Source of the DNA: an uncultured Nitrospirales bacterium
GTDB taxonomy: Bacteria; Nitrospirota; Nitrospiria; Nitrospirales; NS-4
DNA length: 64,000 nt
Direction of reading: 5' to 3'
NCBI GenBank assembly: GCA_964472655.1
Contig: CAYYLQ010000002.1
Span: 66,295 to 130,294, forward strand
The notes beneath the pieces were generated by a model. It had not been told where the DNA came from. It saw nothing but the letters and a program-made list of their open reading frames with translations, and searched no databases. How positions within the stretch are numbered: the first letter of the stretch is position 1; the number at the start of each line of letters is the position of its first letter. Shown here piece by piece: positions 19,678-27,968 of the stretch. Position numbers and translations under genes: made by a program.

Positions 19678-21056
19678 TGGGTAAATAGATAATCCAGCAA
19701 CTCGATCCCCAGATCGATCTCCTCTCGGGTGATGTCCAGGGACGGCGCCAGGGTGAAGACGTTCTTGTAGTATCCCCCGATGTCCAGCACCAGTCCCATC
19801 GGGCCGCGGGACGTGGGAATTCTCCCGGCCAGGCCGGCTTCAAAGATGCGGTCCGTCAAGGCCTTGTCCGGGGTAAACCGGTCGGGTTGCGTCACTTCGA
19901 TGCGCAGGGCCAGCCCCAAGCCGGAAACGTCGCCGATGACGGCGTGACGTTTCTTGAGTTCTTCGAGTCTTTGCAGAAAATAGGCCCCCGATGCGGCCAC
20001 TTTTTCCTGATAGCGCTGCTGGTCAATCCACTGGAGCGTGGCCCATGCCGCGGCGGTCCCCAGCGGATTGGAGGAAAACGTGGAATGGGTCGACCCCGGA
20101 GGAAACTGCTCAGGCGAGATGAGCGATTCCTCTGCCCACAGGCCCGAGATAGGATTTAATCCATTCGTCATTGCCTTGCCGAACACGACGATGCGCGGCT
20201 TTATGCCGAAGTGCTCCATGGCCCAGAATTTCCCGGTCCTGAAAAATGCCATCTGGATTTCGTCATCCACCAGGAGAATTTTGCGTTCATCCAGGATCTT
20301 CTGGAGTCGCGTAAAATACTCCGGCGGCGGCACGATGTACCCGCCCGTGGCCTGCACCGGCTCCACGTAGAAGGCGACGAATTCCGGCTCCTCCGCCCTC
20401 GAATCCCAGAACGAGTTGTACTCCGTCTCAAACAAGCGCTCGACTTGATTGACGCAATAATAGTCGCAGGTTTCCAGCTTCTTTCCGTACGGGCAGCGGT
20501 AACAGTACGGGAAGGGGACGAAGTGCGCGCGGTTGGAAAAATGGCCGAAGCGGCGGCGATACCGGTAGCTGGACGTGATCTCCGATGCGCCGAGCGTCCG
20601 GCCATGGTACCCGCCCGTAAACGCCATGAAGAGGCTTTTCCCGGTGGCGTTGCGCACAAGTTTCATGGAGTCCTCGATCGCCTGTGCTCCGCCGACATTG
20701 AACTGCACGCGCCCCTCGAGGCCGAACGCGCGCAGACACTCCGTCGCCAGTCGTTCGGCGACCAAGACCTTTTCTTCGTGGAGATACTGGCAGGCCAACT
20801 GAGGCAACCGGTCAAGCTGCACTTTCAAGGCCTCGATGATGGTTTTGTTCCGATAGCCGAAGTTGACGGCGGAGTACCACATTTGAAGGTCGAGGTAGGG
20901 CCTGTCATCCCGGTCATACAGAAAACTCCCCTCGCAGCTCTGAAAAAACTTGGGCGATGGTGAGTAGTGGACCGTATCGCCATGCGAGCAATACTGGGCT
21001 TCCTTCTTGCGGAGAACATCTTCGCTCATCAGACGCCGCTTCTCAGGAGGATTCAT
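19662..21056 (-). CDS. Class III PLP-dependent aminotransferase
   Basis: Class III blocks (FTGGYHGRT, LLVDDEIQMAFFRTGKFWA) and PLP lysine context VVFGKAMTNG. Start placed at ATG 21056, which forms an ATGA overlap with the upstream HAD gene stop. The longer ORF to 21269 would overlap that gene. Confidence 0.85.
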   Translation of the reverse strand: MNPPEKRRLMSEDVLRKKEAQYCSHGDTVHYSPSPKFFQSCEGSFLYDRDDRPYLDLQMWYSAVNFGYRNKTIIEALKVQLDRLPQLACQYLHEEKVLVAERLATECLRAFGLEGRVQFNVGGAQAIEDSMKLVRNATGKSLFMAFTGGYHGRTLGASEITSSYRYRRRFGHFSNRAHFVPFPYCYRCPYGKKLETCDYYCVNQVERLFETEYNSFWDSRAEEPEFVAFYVEPVQATGGYIVPPPEYFTRLQKILDERKILLVDDEIQMAFFRTGKFWAMEHFGIKPRIVVFGKAMTNGLNPISGLWAEESLISPEQFPPGSTHSTFSSNPLGTAAAWATLQWIDQQRYQEKVAASGAYFLQRLEELKKRHAVIGDVSGLGLALRIEVTQPDRFTPDKALTDRIFEAGLAGRIPTSRGPMGLVLDIGGYYKNVFTLAPSLDITREEIDLGIELLDYLFTQCTKH

Positions 21057-21763
21057 GTCGCCGTATCTTTCCCGTGAAAGATTTGTTCGGTAACTTGCGT
21101 GAGGGTCTCGAACGGTTCGCACGCGATTCCCTGGAGCTTGCACCAGTCTCGAAGGTTCCCCTTGGCAAAGACCTTGCCAGCTTTCGCCGAGACACACCGG
21201 TCGGATTGACCGTCTCCGATGTACACGGACCTGGGGGACGAAAGTCCGGAAGGCACGGCCAGCGCGCACTTACATGTGGCGGCTCCACTCTCACACCCTG
21301 ATACAGCACACGGGAAACTGAGTGAGGGCCGTCCGTCTAGGGCCCAGCTCAGGTGACTCGCAAACACGGGGATGTGCGACAGACCGTGTCGAGACAGCAC
21401 CGTCTTGATAAACAGGTCGATGCCGTCACTCACGATCGTAAGGCGTGTGCCGTGCTCGGCGCATCGCTGGTCAAGAGAAAAAATTCCTTCGTCTATGGGG
21501 AGATCGGCCACAAACTGGACAAGCGTTGCCTCATCTGCCCGGATCAGCTCCACTTGCCGCGCAAGACATTCCTGGCTGTTGATCTCTCCCTTTTGCCATT
21601 GCTGCTCCCACTCTCGGAATGCAGGAAGCGCAAAGGCCTCAAGGACAGCATCGGTGATATCGACTTCGGTTATCGTCCCATCGAAATCACAGTAAACTTC
21701 CGCCGGAGGTAGCCAACCACGCGCGGGGAGTTCCTCGCGGCATCCGACCGATTTCGTTAACAA
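21053..21763 (-). CDS. HAD-IB family phosphatase, MtnX-like (2-hydroxy-3-keto-5-methylthiopentenyl-1-phosphate phosphatase-like)
   Basis: HAD motif I DFDGTIT, motif II TIVSDG, motif IV YIGDGQSDRC. Cys-rich insert CAVSGCESGAATCKC occupies the same position as the Cys cluster of MtnX as I recall its sequence. TTG start. Confidence 0.7.
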   Translation of the reverse strand: MLTKSVGCREELPARGWLPPAEVYCDFDGTITEVDITDAVLEAFALPAFREWEQQWQKGEINSQECLARQVELIRADEATLVQFVADLPIDEGIFSLDQRCAEHGTRLTIVSDGIDLFIKTVLSRHGLSHIPVFASHLSWALDGRPSLSFPCAVSGCESGAATCKCALAVPSGLSSPRSVYIGDGQSDRCVSAKAGKVFAKGNLRDWCKLQGIACEPFETLTQVTEQIFHGKDTAT

Positions 21764-21926
21764 ACGTGCCCTCCCGAATAGGGGTGAAAATGGATGGATA
21801 GTGACTTCAAAGGGTGGTATTTAAACACGAAATCCTTCCCAAAATCCAGCTTTTTCACAATTCTGCAACCCCATGCACGAGGATTCTCAAGCCCGCTAGC
21901 TCGATCCCGCCGCTGTTGCCCCTTAT

Positions 21927-22385
21927 TCATTCAGCCGTACGGGGGAGCAGTTCAAGATCGACCGTTCCCAATGCTCCGGTAATATTGACGGCATAGGGGA
22001 ATCGCGCCTGGAGGTCGGCAAACGCCTTCCGGCTGCCCTTGGTTTCCAGATGCGCCATCACGATTTTCACGCCGCGCGGCCGCATGGCGTGGTTCACCGC
22101 CTCGAACACGTACCACCAGCCGTCCGCCGCGTACTTGTCCTTTATGATGATCCGGGCGAAGGAAATGGTCGCCTCGTAGGCGTTGCTCGCCCGATCGAAA
22201 TGGACGGCGAACAAGGCTTCGGGCCGGCCGTTGTGGCTGACAGTGTAGTACACGCGCTCCTGCGGGACGAACATCGTAGGCGCGGAGGCGTATTCCGGCA
22301 GAAACGCAGTCTTAAAGTTGGGAAAGACATTCTTCATGCGGTCGGCATAGTCTGTCGCGTCGCTTCCGGTAATTGCGTTGACCAT
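21927..22385 (-). CDS. Hypothetical protein (152 aa), no family recognised
   Basis: ATG-initiated ORF with a plausible amino-acid composition. It is divergent from the XRE regulator gene. No motif was recognised. Confidence 0.4.
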   Translation of the reverse strand: MVNAITGSDATDYADRMKNVFPNFKTAFLPEYASAPTMFVPQERVYYTVSHNGRPEALFAVHFDRASNAYEATISFARIIIKDKYAADGWWYVFEAVNHAMRPRGVKIVMAHLETKGSRKAFADLQARFPYAVNITGALGTVDLELLPRTAE

Positions 22386-22460
22386 GGCAGGACCTCAATA
22401 CCTCCTCTTGCTTCGTATCACCGGGTTGCTCCCGCCATATTAAATCAGTATCATCCCGCC

Positions 22461-22922
22461 ATGTCTATTGCCGCCAACATTCAAGCGTGGCGCCTGTCCA
22501 AGAAGCAGTCCATCGCGGCGGTGGCCCAGCGGGCGGGGCTGGCGGCGGAGTCGCTGGAGGCCATCGAAGCCGGCGAAGTTGATCCGTCCGCCTCGGCATT
22601 GGAGAATCTCGCGTCGGCCCTCGGGATTCCTGCCGCCTGGCTCCATGGCGATCCCGAGCACTTGGAGCGCCTGCTGGATGCCGACGAACGGACGGAATCA
22701 GCGCGGACGAGGGCGGTCGATCCGGTTACCGAGCGGGTGCTCCTCGGGTCGCGGGAGGAGTTCGAGCTCTACGTGCTGCTGACTTCCATCTTGATGTCCA
22801 GCGATCCCAAACTGCGGCTGGCGGTGGAAGCCAGCCTTCGCAGTCTTGCCAAACAGGCCAAGCAGCCGACCGTCCCGTGGCAATCCCGGCCGCCGGGACA
22901 TTTTGAGCCGCCTTCCGACTAA
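22461..22922 (+). CDS. XRE-family helix-turn-helix transcriptional regulator
   Basis: N-terminal HTH (IQAWRLSKKQSIAAVAQRAGLAAESLEAIEAGEVDPSASALENLASALGIPAAWL). ORF 22050..22922 trimmed to ATG 22461, because the upstream part is antisense to the 152-aa gene. Confidence 0.7.
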   Translation: MSIAANIQAWRLSKKQSIAAVAQRAGLAAESLEAIEAGEVDPSASALENLASALGIPAAWLHGDPEHLERLLDADERTESARTRAVDPVTERVLLGSREEFELYVLLTSILMSSDPKLRLAVEASLRSLAKQAKQPTVPWQSRPPGHFEPPSD

Positions 22923-22933
22923 GAGAGACTTAT

Positions 22934-23275
22934 TCAGACATGCGTGACGGCCCAGAGCAGGGCCGCGCGGCAGATCGCGAGCGGCGCCGTGTCGGCGCAG
23001 AGCACGACTTTATTGAGCAGCTTGGTGTTGAGCACGCAGTACCAGCACTCGGTGCCCTCGGGGTAGCCCAGCGAGGCGAGGTTCTGGTGCTTGTGCTTGA
23101 AGTGCGGCGCGCCGAAATAAACCCCGTCTTTGCGGATCATGGTCTCGACGACGGTCCAGGCCGCCGCGATGTCGGTGGAGTAGGGAGGAATGGGATCGCG
23201 CGTGAGCCCCACGACCTTCTCTGCGATCAAGGCGTCCAGTTCCGGGCTGGCCGGCACGGTCTTGGGATCCACCAT
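22934..23275 (-). CDS. Small conserved hypothetical protein, phage 'ABA sandwich'-like (tentative)
   Basis: Sequence LDALIAEKVVGL...PPYSTDIAAAWTVVETM resembles, by recollection, a small domain common in phage and prophage genes. Start trimmed to ATG 23275 so that it does not overlap hpnH. Confidence 0.45.
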   Translation of the reverse strand: MVDPKTVPASPELDALIAEKVVGLTRDPIPPYSTDIAAAWTVVETMIRKDGVYFGAPHFKHKHQNLASLGYPEGTECWYCVLNTKLLNKVVLCADTAPLAICRAALLWAVTHV

Positions 23276-23360
23276 AGGAGCCAGAGTGTAGCATACCTCC
23301 GTACGGGTTCCGAGCGGCCGGCATTGACGCTGCTGCCTGCGTGATGATAGAGTCCTCCCT

Positions 23361-24377
23361 ATGGCCGTGCCTGTCTCCCAGATGTTCACTGTCACTAAGT
23401 ACGTGTTGACCCAGAAGCTCAAAGGGGTCAAACGCTATCCGCTCGTCCTGATGCTGGAACCACTCTTTCGCTGCAATCTTGCCTGTGCGGGCTGCGGCAA
23501 GATCCAGTATCCCGATCATGTCCTGGACAAGCGTCTGACGCCGGAACAGTGCTGGGCGGCCGCCGAGGAATGCGGCGCGCCGATCGTGAGCATTCCGGGC
23601 GGGGAGCCGCTCATCCATCCTGAGATGCCGGCGATCGTGAAAGGACTGGTCGATCGGAAGAAGTACGTCTATCTTTGCACCAACGCCATCTTATTGGAGC
23701 GCAAGCTCGACGAGTACCAGCCGTCGCAATACCTGACATTCAGCATTCACATGGACGGCTTGCAGGCAGAGCACGACCTGGCGGTCTGTCGGGACGGCGT
23801 GTACGACGTCGCCGTCAAAGCGATCAAGGCGGCGCTCACGCGAGGGTTCCGGGTCACCACGAACACGACGCTCTTCGACGACGCCGATCCCGCGCGCGTC
23901 CGGAAGTTCTTCGATGCCATGATGGAGTTGGGCGTCGAAGGCATGATGATTTCTCCGGGGTACAGCTACGAGAAGGCGCCCGACCAAAAGAACTTCCTCA
24001 AGCGGCAGCGGACGCGCGAGCTTTTTTCGCGGATTCTCCACCGGCCCAAGACCGGCTGGCGGTTCAATCAGTCCCCGCTCTTCCTCGACTTCCTCATGGG
24101 CAAGGTGGACTACCAATGCACGCCCTGGGGCAATCCGACCTACAACATCTTCGGCTGGCAGAAGCCCTGTTACCTGCTCCAGGACGGCTATGTGGCGAGT
24201 TTCAGGGAACTCATGGACCAGACCGCCTGGGACAGCTACGGAACCGGACGTAACGAGAAATGCGCCGATTGCATGGTGCATTGCGGATATGAAGCGTCCG
24301 CCGTGGACGATACGTTCGGCTCGCTGCGGGGGTTCGGCCGATCGGTCGTGGCGACGCTGATGCCGACCGCCCGGTAG
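23361..24377 (+). CDS. hpnH: Radical-SAM adenosylhopane synthase HpnH-like
   Basis: CxxxCxxC motif CNLACAGC near the N-terminus. HpnH-like blocks (VSIPGGEPLIHPE, YLCTNAILL, RVTTNTTLF). C-terminal Cys pair (CADCMVHCGYE). Confidence 0.85.
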   Translation: MAVPVSQMFTVTKYVLTQKLKGVKRYPLVLMLEPLFRCNLACAGCGKIQYPDHVLDKRLTPEQCWAAAEECGAPIVSIPGGEPLIHPEMPAIVKGLVDRKKYVYLCTNAILLERKLDEYQPSQYLTFSIHMDGLQAEHDLAVCRDGVYDVAVKAIKAALTRGFRVTTNTTLFDDADPARVRKFFDAMMELGVEGMMISPGYSYEKAPDQKNFLKRQRTRELFSRILHRPKTGWRFNQSPLFLDFLMGKVDYQCTPWGNPTYNIFGWQKPCYLLQDGYVASFRELMDQTAWDSYGTGRNEKCADCMVHCGYEASAVDDTFGSLRGFGRSVVATLMPTAR

Positions 24378-24387
24378 CCCGCGAGTC

Positions 24388-24777
24388 GTGACTGCCGATA
24401 AATCTCCCTCCTCGGAATTGCGCAATCTTCAAGGTCGGGTCTTCCAGCCGGCTGATGACGGCGAGCGGCGTCAGGCCGTGGAGATTGCGTTCGACTATCG
24501 CGGTGACGTGACGCTGGAGCTGGTCTCCGGCGAGACGATCACGGGGTACATCTTCAACCGGAACGACTCGGCCTCCCCCCCTGTCCTCCAGCTTTTTCCC
24601 AAGGACCAGCCCGGCACCAGGGCGATCCCTTACGCCGACATCGTGACGATCGCTTTTACCGGCGAAGACACCGCCTCAGGGAATTCCTGGGAAGCCTGGG
24701 TGAAGAAGAAAGAATCGGAACGTAAGGCGGAAGCTGACCGTATCAAGGCCGAGGCGCAGGCCCGCGGGCACCTATAA
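24388..24777 (+). CDS. Hypothetical protein (129 aa) with Lys/Glu-rich C-terminal tail
   Basis: GTG start 10 nt after the hpnH stop. No motif recognised. Tail sequence KKKESERKAEADRIKAEAQARG. Confidence 0.45.
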   Translation: MTADKSPSSELRNLQGRVFQPADDGERRQAVEIAFDYRGDVTLELVSGETITGYIFNRNDSASPPVLQLFPKDQPGTRAIPYADIVTIAFTGEDTASGNSWEAWVKKKESERKAEADRIKAEAQARGHL

Positions 24778-24870
24778 ACCGGACGTCCAAGACCGCAAGT
24801 TATTCTTTGAATTTGAGCGCTTAGCAGCTGTTCTGACAGCGCAGGAATTTATTGACAAAGGTGGACACCT

Positions 24871-25506
24871 ATGTTAGATAGGCCGCACTTTGGCTGGGCT
24901 GTTCGGGACATTTTGAACTTGCCGGAAGGGAGACCGTCGTGGGGTCGCGCGGCGGTCTTTTTCGGTCTGGTCGGCCTGATCTGCTGGTCGGAAGCGCTGG
25001 TTCCCGGTGCGGCTTGGGCGACTCACGAAATGGATCACCGGTTCACCATTTCGGGGCGTGTGCGGGATCAAGGCGGCAAACCGATCGGGGATGTCAGGGT
25101 CCATGCGAGGAACCTGCGTGACCAGACGGTTGATCCTGTCACCGGCTACGCGGATGGGTCCGGATTTTATAAGCTGGTCCTTCACCTGCACAACCAGAAT
25201 GCAGGGGACCCCATTCAAATTTCGGTCAAAGACGAACGATCGGGGCTGGACGAAGTCAAGAAAGTCCGGGCTGAGTTTGACCCGACCGACCGGCACACCG
25301 AGCGTCAGGCAAAGGTGGATTTCGGGCCGGAATCGGAACAGTCGGCGGGTGGTTCAGGAGGAGTCGTTGGGACGGAGGACGCATCGAAGCTCTGGCTCTA
25401 TGGAGCGGGAGGAGTCCTCGTTGCGGCGGCAATCGGCGTGGCGGTGGTGCACGCTCGACACCGGCGGGCCGCCGTGCCAGCCAAACGGCGCGGGAAGAAA
25501 CGTTGA
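24871..25506 (+). CDS. Secreted or membrane-anchored protein with a carboxypeptidase-regulatory-like beta-sandwich (tentative)
   Basis: Signal-like segment AAVFFGLVGLICWSEALVPGAAWA. ISGRVRDQGGKPIGDVRVHA is typical of CarboxypepD_reg-like folds. C-terminal TM plus a basic tail. A TTGACA-17-TAGATA promoter candidate (24852-24880) overlaps ATG 24871, so the true start may be TTG 24913 or 24919. Confidence 0.45.
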   Translation: MLDRPHFGWAVRDILNLPEGRPSWGRAAVFFGLVGLICWSEALVPGAAWATHEMDHRFTISGRVRDQGGKPIGDVRVHARNLRDQTVDPVTGYADGSGFYKLVLHLHNQNAGDPIQISVKDERSGLDEVKKVRAEFDPTDRHTERQAKVDFGPESEQSAGGSGGVVGTEDASKLWLYGAGGVLVAAAIGVAVVHARHRRAAVPAKRRGKKR

Positions 25507-25531
25507 GCGATTGAGCGCACGGTACGACTTA

Positions 25532-25579
25532 GACGCTGTTGCCGTCGGGAGCAGGTTCCCCCGGTGAAGCGTCTTTTTT
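25532..25579 (+). terminator. Rho-independent terminator candidate
   Basis: Outer stem GACGCT (25532-25537) pairs with AGCGTC (25568-25573). The inner pairing is GC-rich and imperfect. The hairpin is followed by TTTTTT (25574-25579). Confidence 0.45.
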
Positions 25580-25620
25580 ATGCGGGGAATCCGGAGATGG
25601 GAAAGGAGTTGGGAGCGATT

Positions 25621-26178
25621 ATGAAAATTACACGCTTGCTTGGATTGTTGATCATCGGCGGTGTGGCATTTCTTGCGGCCGGTTGCGCGGAAGAGCAGGA
25701 GAGTACGGGGCCGCCTCCGCCCGCGCCGCCCGAATACGCCGACAAGCACATGCCGGCCGGGTGGTGGGCCGATGAGAAAATCATCGCTGAGGGCAAGGAG
25801 ATTTTCGAAGGCGTCAAGAATATCGATGTGAATTGCTCCTCGTGCCACGGCAAGGACGGCAAGCCGGTCAAGGCCGGCGCGCGGGACTTCCGCAAGGGCG
25901 AGCGGATGAAGCTCTACTCCGACAGCGTCTGGTTCTGGCGAATTTCCGAAGGGGTGCCGAACACCAAGATGAAAGCCTGGAAGAGCAAGCTCAGCGAAGA
26001 AGACCGCTGGAAAGCCATGGCCTATGAGCGGACCTTCGGATTGAAGGGGCTGGGTTACGACGTGGCCGCCAAGGACTGGGTTCCGGTCGATCAGTTAGGT
26101 AAAGCAAAACCGGCGGCCGGCGACGGCAAGGCTCCGGCGGCGACGCCCGTGAAGGACGACAAGAAAAAAGGGAAGTAA
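25621..26178 (+). CDS. Monoheme c-type cytochrome, lipoprotein
   Basis: ATG 25621. Lipobox LAAGC. Single CxxCH (CSSCH) with a distal Met candidate (PNTKMKAW). Lys-rich tail. Confidence 0.8.
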   Translation: MKITRLLGLLIIGGVAFLAAGCAEEQESTGPPPPAPPEYADKHMPAGWWADEKIIAEGKEIFEGVKNIDVNCSSCHGKDGKPVKAGARDFRKGERMKLYSDSVWFWRISEGVPNTKMKAWKSKLSEEDRWKAMAYERTFGLKGLGYDVAAKDWVPVDQLGKAKPAAGDGKAPAATPVKDDKKKGK

Positions 26179-26210
26179 GCGCGGTCAATCAGTAAGGGAG
26201 CGGGGAAAGC

Positions 26211-27959
26211 ATGAGGACCTGGCAACGCAGCCTTCTTCTTGTACTGGGGCTTTTGTTAGTGGGAACGGCGGCCTATGCGCAACTCCCTGACCCCAAGCCG
26301 CATGAATTCCCCATCGGAGGAAACCGCGCCGCCGTCTGGGTCGTGGCCCAGCTGCACATCCTGTTCGCAGCGTTCATTCTCGGCGCGCCGATCTTCGTGG
26401 TCGTCAGCGAGATCATCGGATGGAAGAACCGCGACGGGCGCTACGAACGGCTGGCGAAGGAAGTCATCAAGGTCACGGTGATCCTCTACAGCATGACTGC
26501 GCTGACGGGCGGTCTCTTCATTTTCGTGCTGCTCGCTACCTATCCGCAGTTGACGGGCTGGCTGATCACCCACTTCTTCGACGTCTTCGCCATCTGGTAC
26601 CCGCTGCTCTTCATTGCGGAGACAATCGTCCTCTACCTCTATTGGTATACCTGGGACGCGTTGCAGGGGCCGCTCAAGCTCCGTCATATCGCGCTTGGGG
26701 TCCTGCTGAACGTGATCGGGCTGGCGACGCTCATTGTGATTGATGGCCCCACTGCGTTCATGAATACCCCGGTGAAATCCGCGGAGGGGCTGGACCTCAG
26801 AACTTTCATCGAAACCACGGCCACGCTGTGGGACAAGATGAACAATTTCAGCTGGTGGCCCCTAAACATCCACCGGACGGTCGGCAACGTGGTCTTCGGC
26901 GGGTTCATCACCGGCCTGATCGCCGCCTACATGTACATGGCCGCCAAAACAGAAGAGGAACGGGCCTTTTACGACTGGTTCGGGTTTGTGGGCAATCTGA
27001 TCGGCGTCGGCGCGCTGTTGTTGCTGCCCTTCGCCGGCTACCTGCTGGCCTACGAGCTCTGCGACTACGATGCCTCCATCTGTCCCTACATGATGGCCGA
27101 TCAGCTGTCCATGTTTTTCGAGATGCAGGGGGCGATGGTCGGGCTGATTTTCCTGGCGAGCAACTATTACATCTGGCTCAGCATGAAGCGGATCGAAGGG
27201 CTGGAACAGATCCGGATGAGGACCACCACACTGGTCCTTATGGCAAGCATCCCGGTCGTCTTCATGTTGATCTGGACCAAGTGGCCGATACCGGACATCA
27301 TGGCGCTCATTGTCCCGGCCTGCTGGGTCGCGGCGTTCCTGATCGCCGGAAAGTTTCTCATGTGGACGGTCCCGGCGCAGACGTTGGTCAGAGTGGCGTT
27401 CTTGATGGTGATCGTCGGCAACGCGATCTGGATGACGCCGCACGCCTTTGTGGCCACGCAGGCCTTGGCGCCCGATGACGGCTCGTTGAGCCTGCCGCAC
27501 GGCGAGCTCAGTCTGGGGTTCGTCACGGTGGATTGGGGCATGCTGGCGCTTATGCCTGCGAAGAACGCGGCGGCCTTCACCCTCGTCTTCGTCACGATCT
27601 GCAACTACATCCTGTACAACCGGGCCCTGAGTCGGGGGCGGATCGTTTGGGGCAAGATCGATTTCGTGTCCCAATTCGTGCTCGTCTTCCTGGCCTTCAG
27701 CGCAATCTGGACGATGGGCCTGATGGGGGCGGTCCGCGAACTGACCCGGAAATACTTCCACGTGTTCAACCTCCAGTACGATTTCACACCGGAGTCCTTC
27801 ACGCCGACCCTTGCATACTCCAGTTGGGTGATCACCGGAGTCACGCTGACGTTCTACATCGTCGTGAGTTTCGCGATCGTCCTGACGCTACGAACCGGGA
27901 AGGATAAGGCTCATGCCGAGGCGTCGAAAGCGGTCCCGGCCGCCGTGGGCGCAAAGTAA
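26211..27959 (+). CDS. Cytochrome bd-like oxidase subunit I homolog (CydA-like), paralog 1
   Basis: CydA-like landmarks: His in VAQLHILFAAF (compare CydA H19), Glu block FIAETIVLYLYWYTW (compare CydA FFLESTF..FGW), His in NIHRTVGNV (compare H186), and WMTPHAF. It also has an N-terminal signal-like segment and extra C-terminal hydrophobic segments. No cydB is adjacent. Confidence 0.8.
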   Translation: MRTWQRSLLLVLGLLLVGTAAYAQLPDPKPHEFPIGGNRAAVWVVAQLHILFAAFILGAPIFVVVSEIIGWKNRDGRYERLAKEVIKVTVILYSMTALTGGLFIFVLLATYPQLTGWLITHFFDVFAIWYPLLFIAETIVLYLYWYTWDALQGPLKLRHIALGVLLNVIGLATLIVIDGPTAFMNTPVKSAEGLDLRTFIETTATLWDKMNNFSWWPLNIHRTVGNVVFGGFITGLIAAYMYMAAKTEEERAFYDWFGFVGNLIGVGALLLLPFAGYLLAYELCDYDASICPYMMADQLSMFFEMQGAMVGLIFLASNYYIWLSMKRIEGLEQIRMRTTTLVLMASIPVVFMLIWTKWPIPDIMALIVPACWVAAFLIAGKFLMWTVPAQTLVRVAFLMVIVGNAIWMTPHAFVATQALAPDDGSLSLPHGELSLGFVTVDWGMLALMPAKNAAAFTLVFVTICNYILYNRALSRGRIVWGKIDFVSQFVLVFLAFSAIWTMGLMGAVRELTRKYFHVFNLQYDFTPESFTPTLAYSSWVITGVTLTFYIVVSFAIVLTLRTGKDKAHAEASKAVPAAVGAK

Positions 27960-27968
27960 GGGGGAGCC

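Noticed and set aside
19662-21269. Long (535-aa) version of the aminotransferase ORF
   Set aside because: The first 71 codons overlap the HAD phosphatase gene in another frame and are Arg-rich. ATG 21056 gives an ATGA stop-start overlap and a normal class III N-terminus.
26211-27959. Calling the CydA-like genes canonical cytochrome bd quinol oxidase (cydA)
   Set aside because: There is no cydB or cydX next to either copy. Both have an extra N-terminal signal-like segment and extra C-terminal helices, and both sit among c-type cytochromes. I therefore left gene_symbol empty and called them bd-like.
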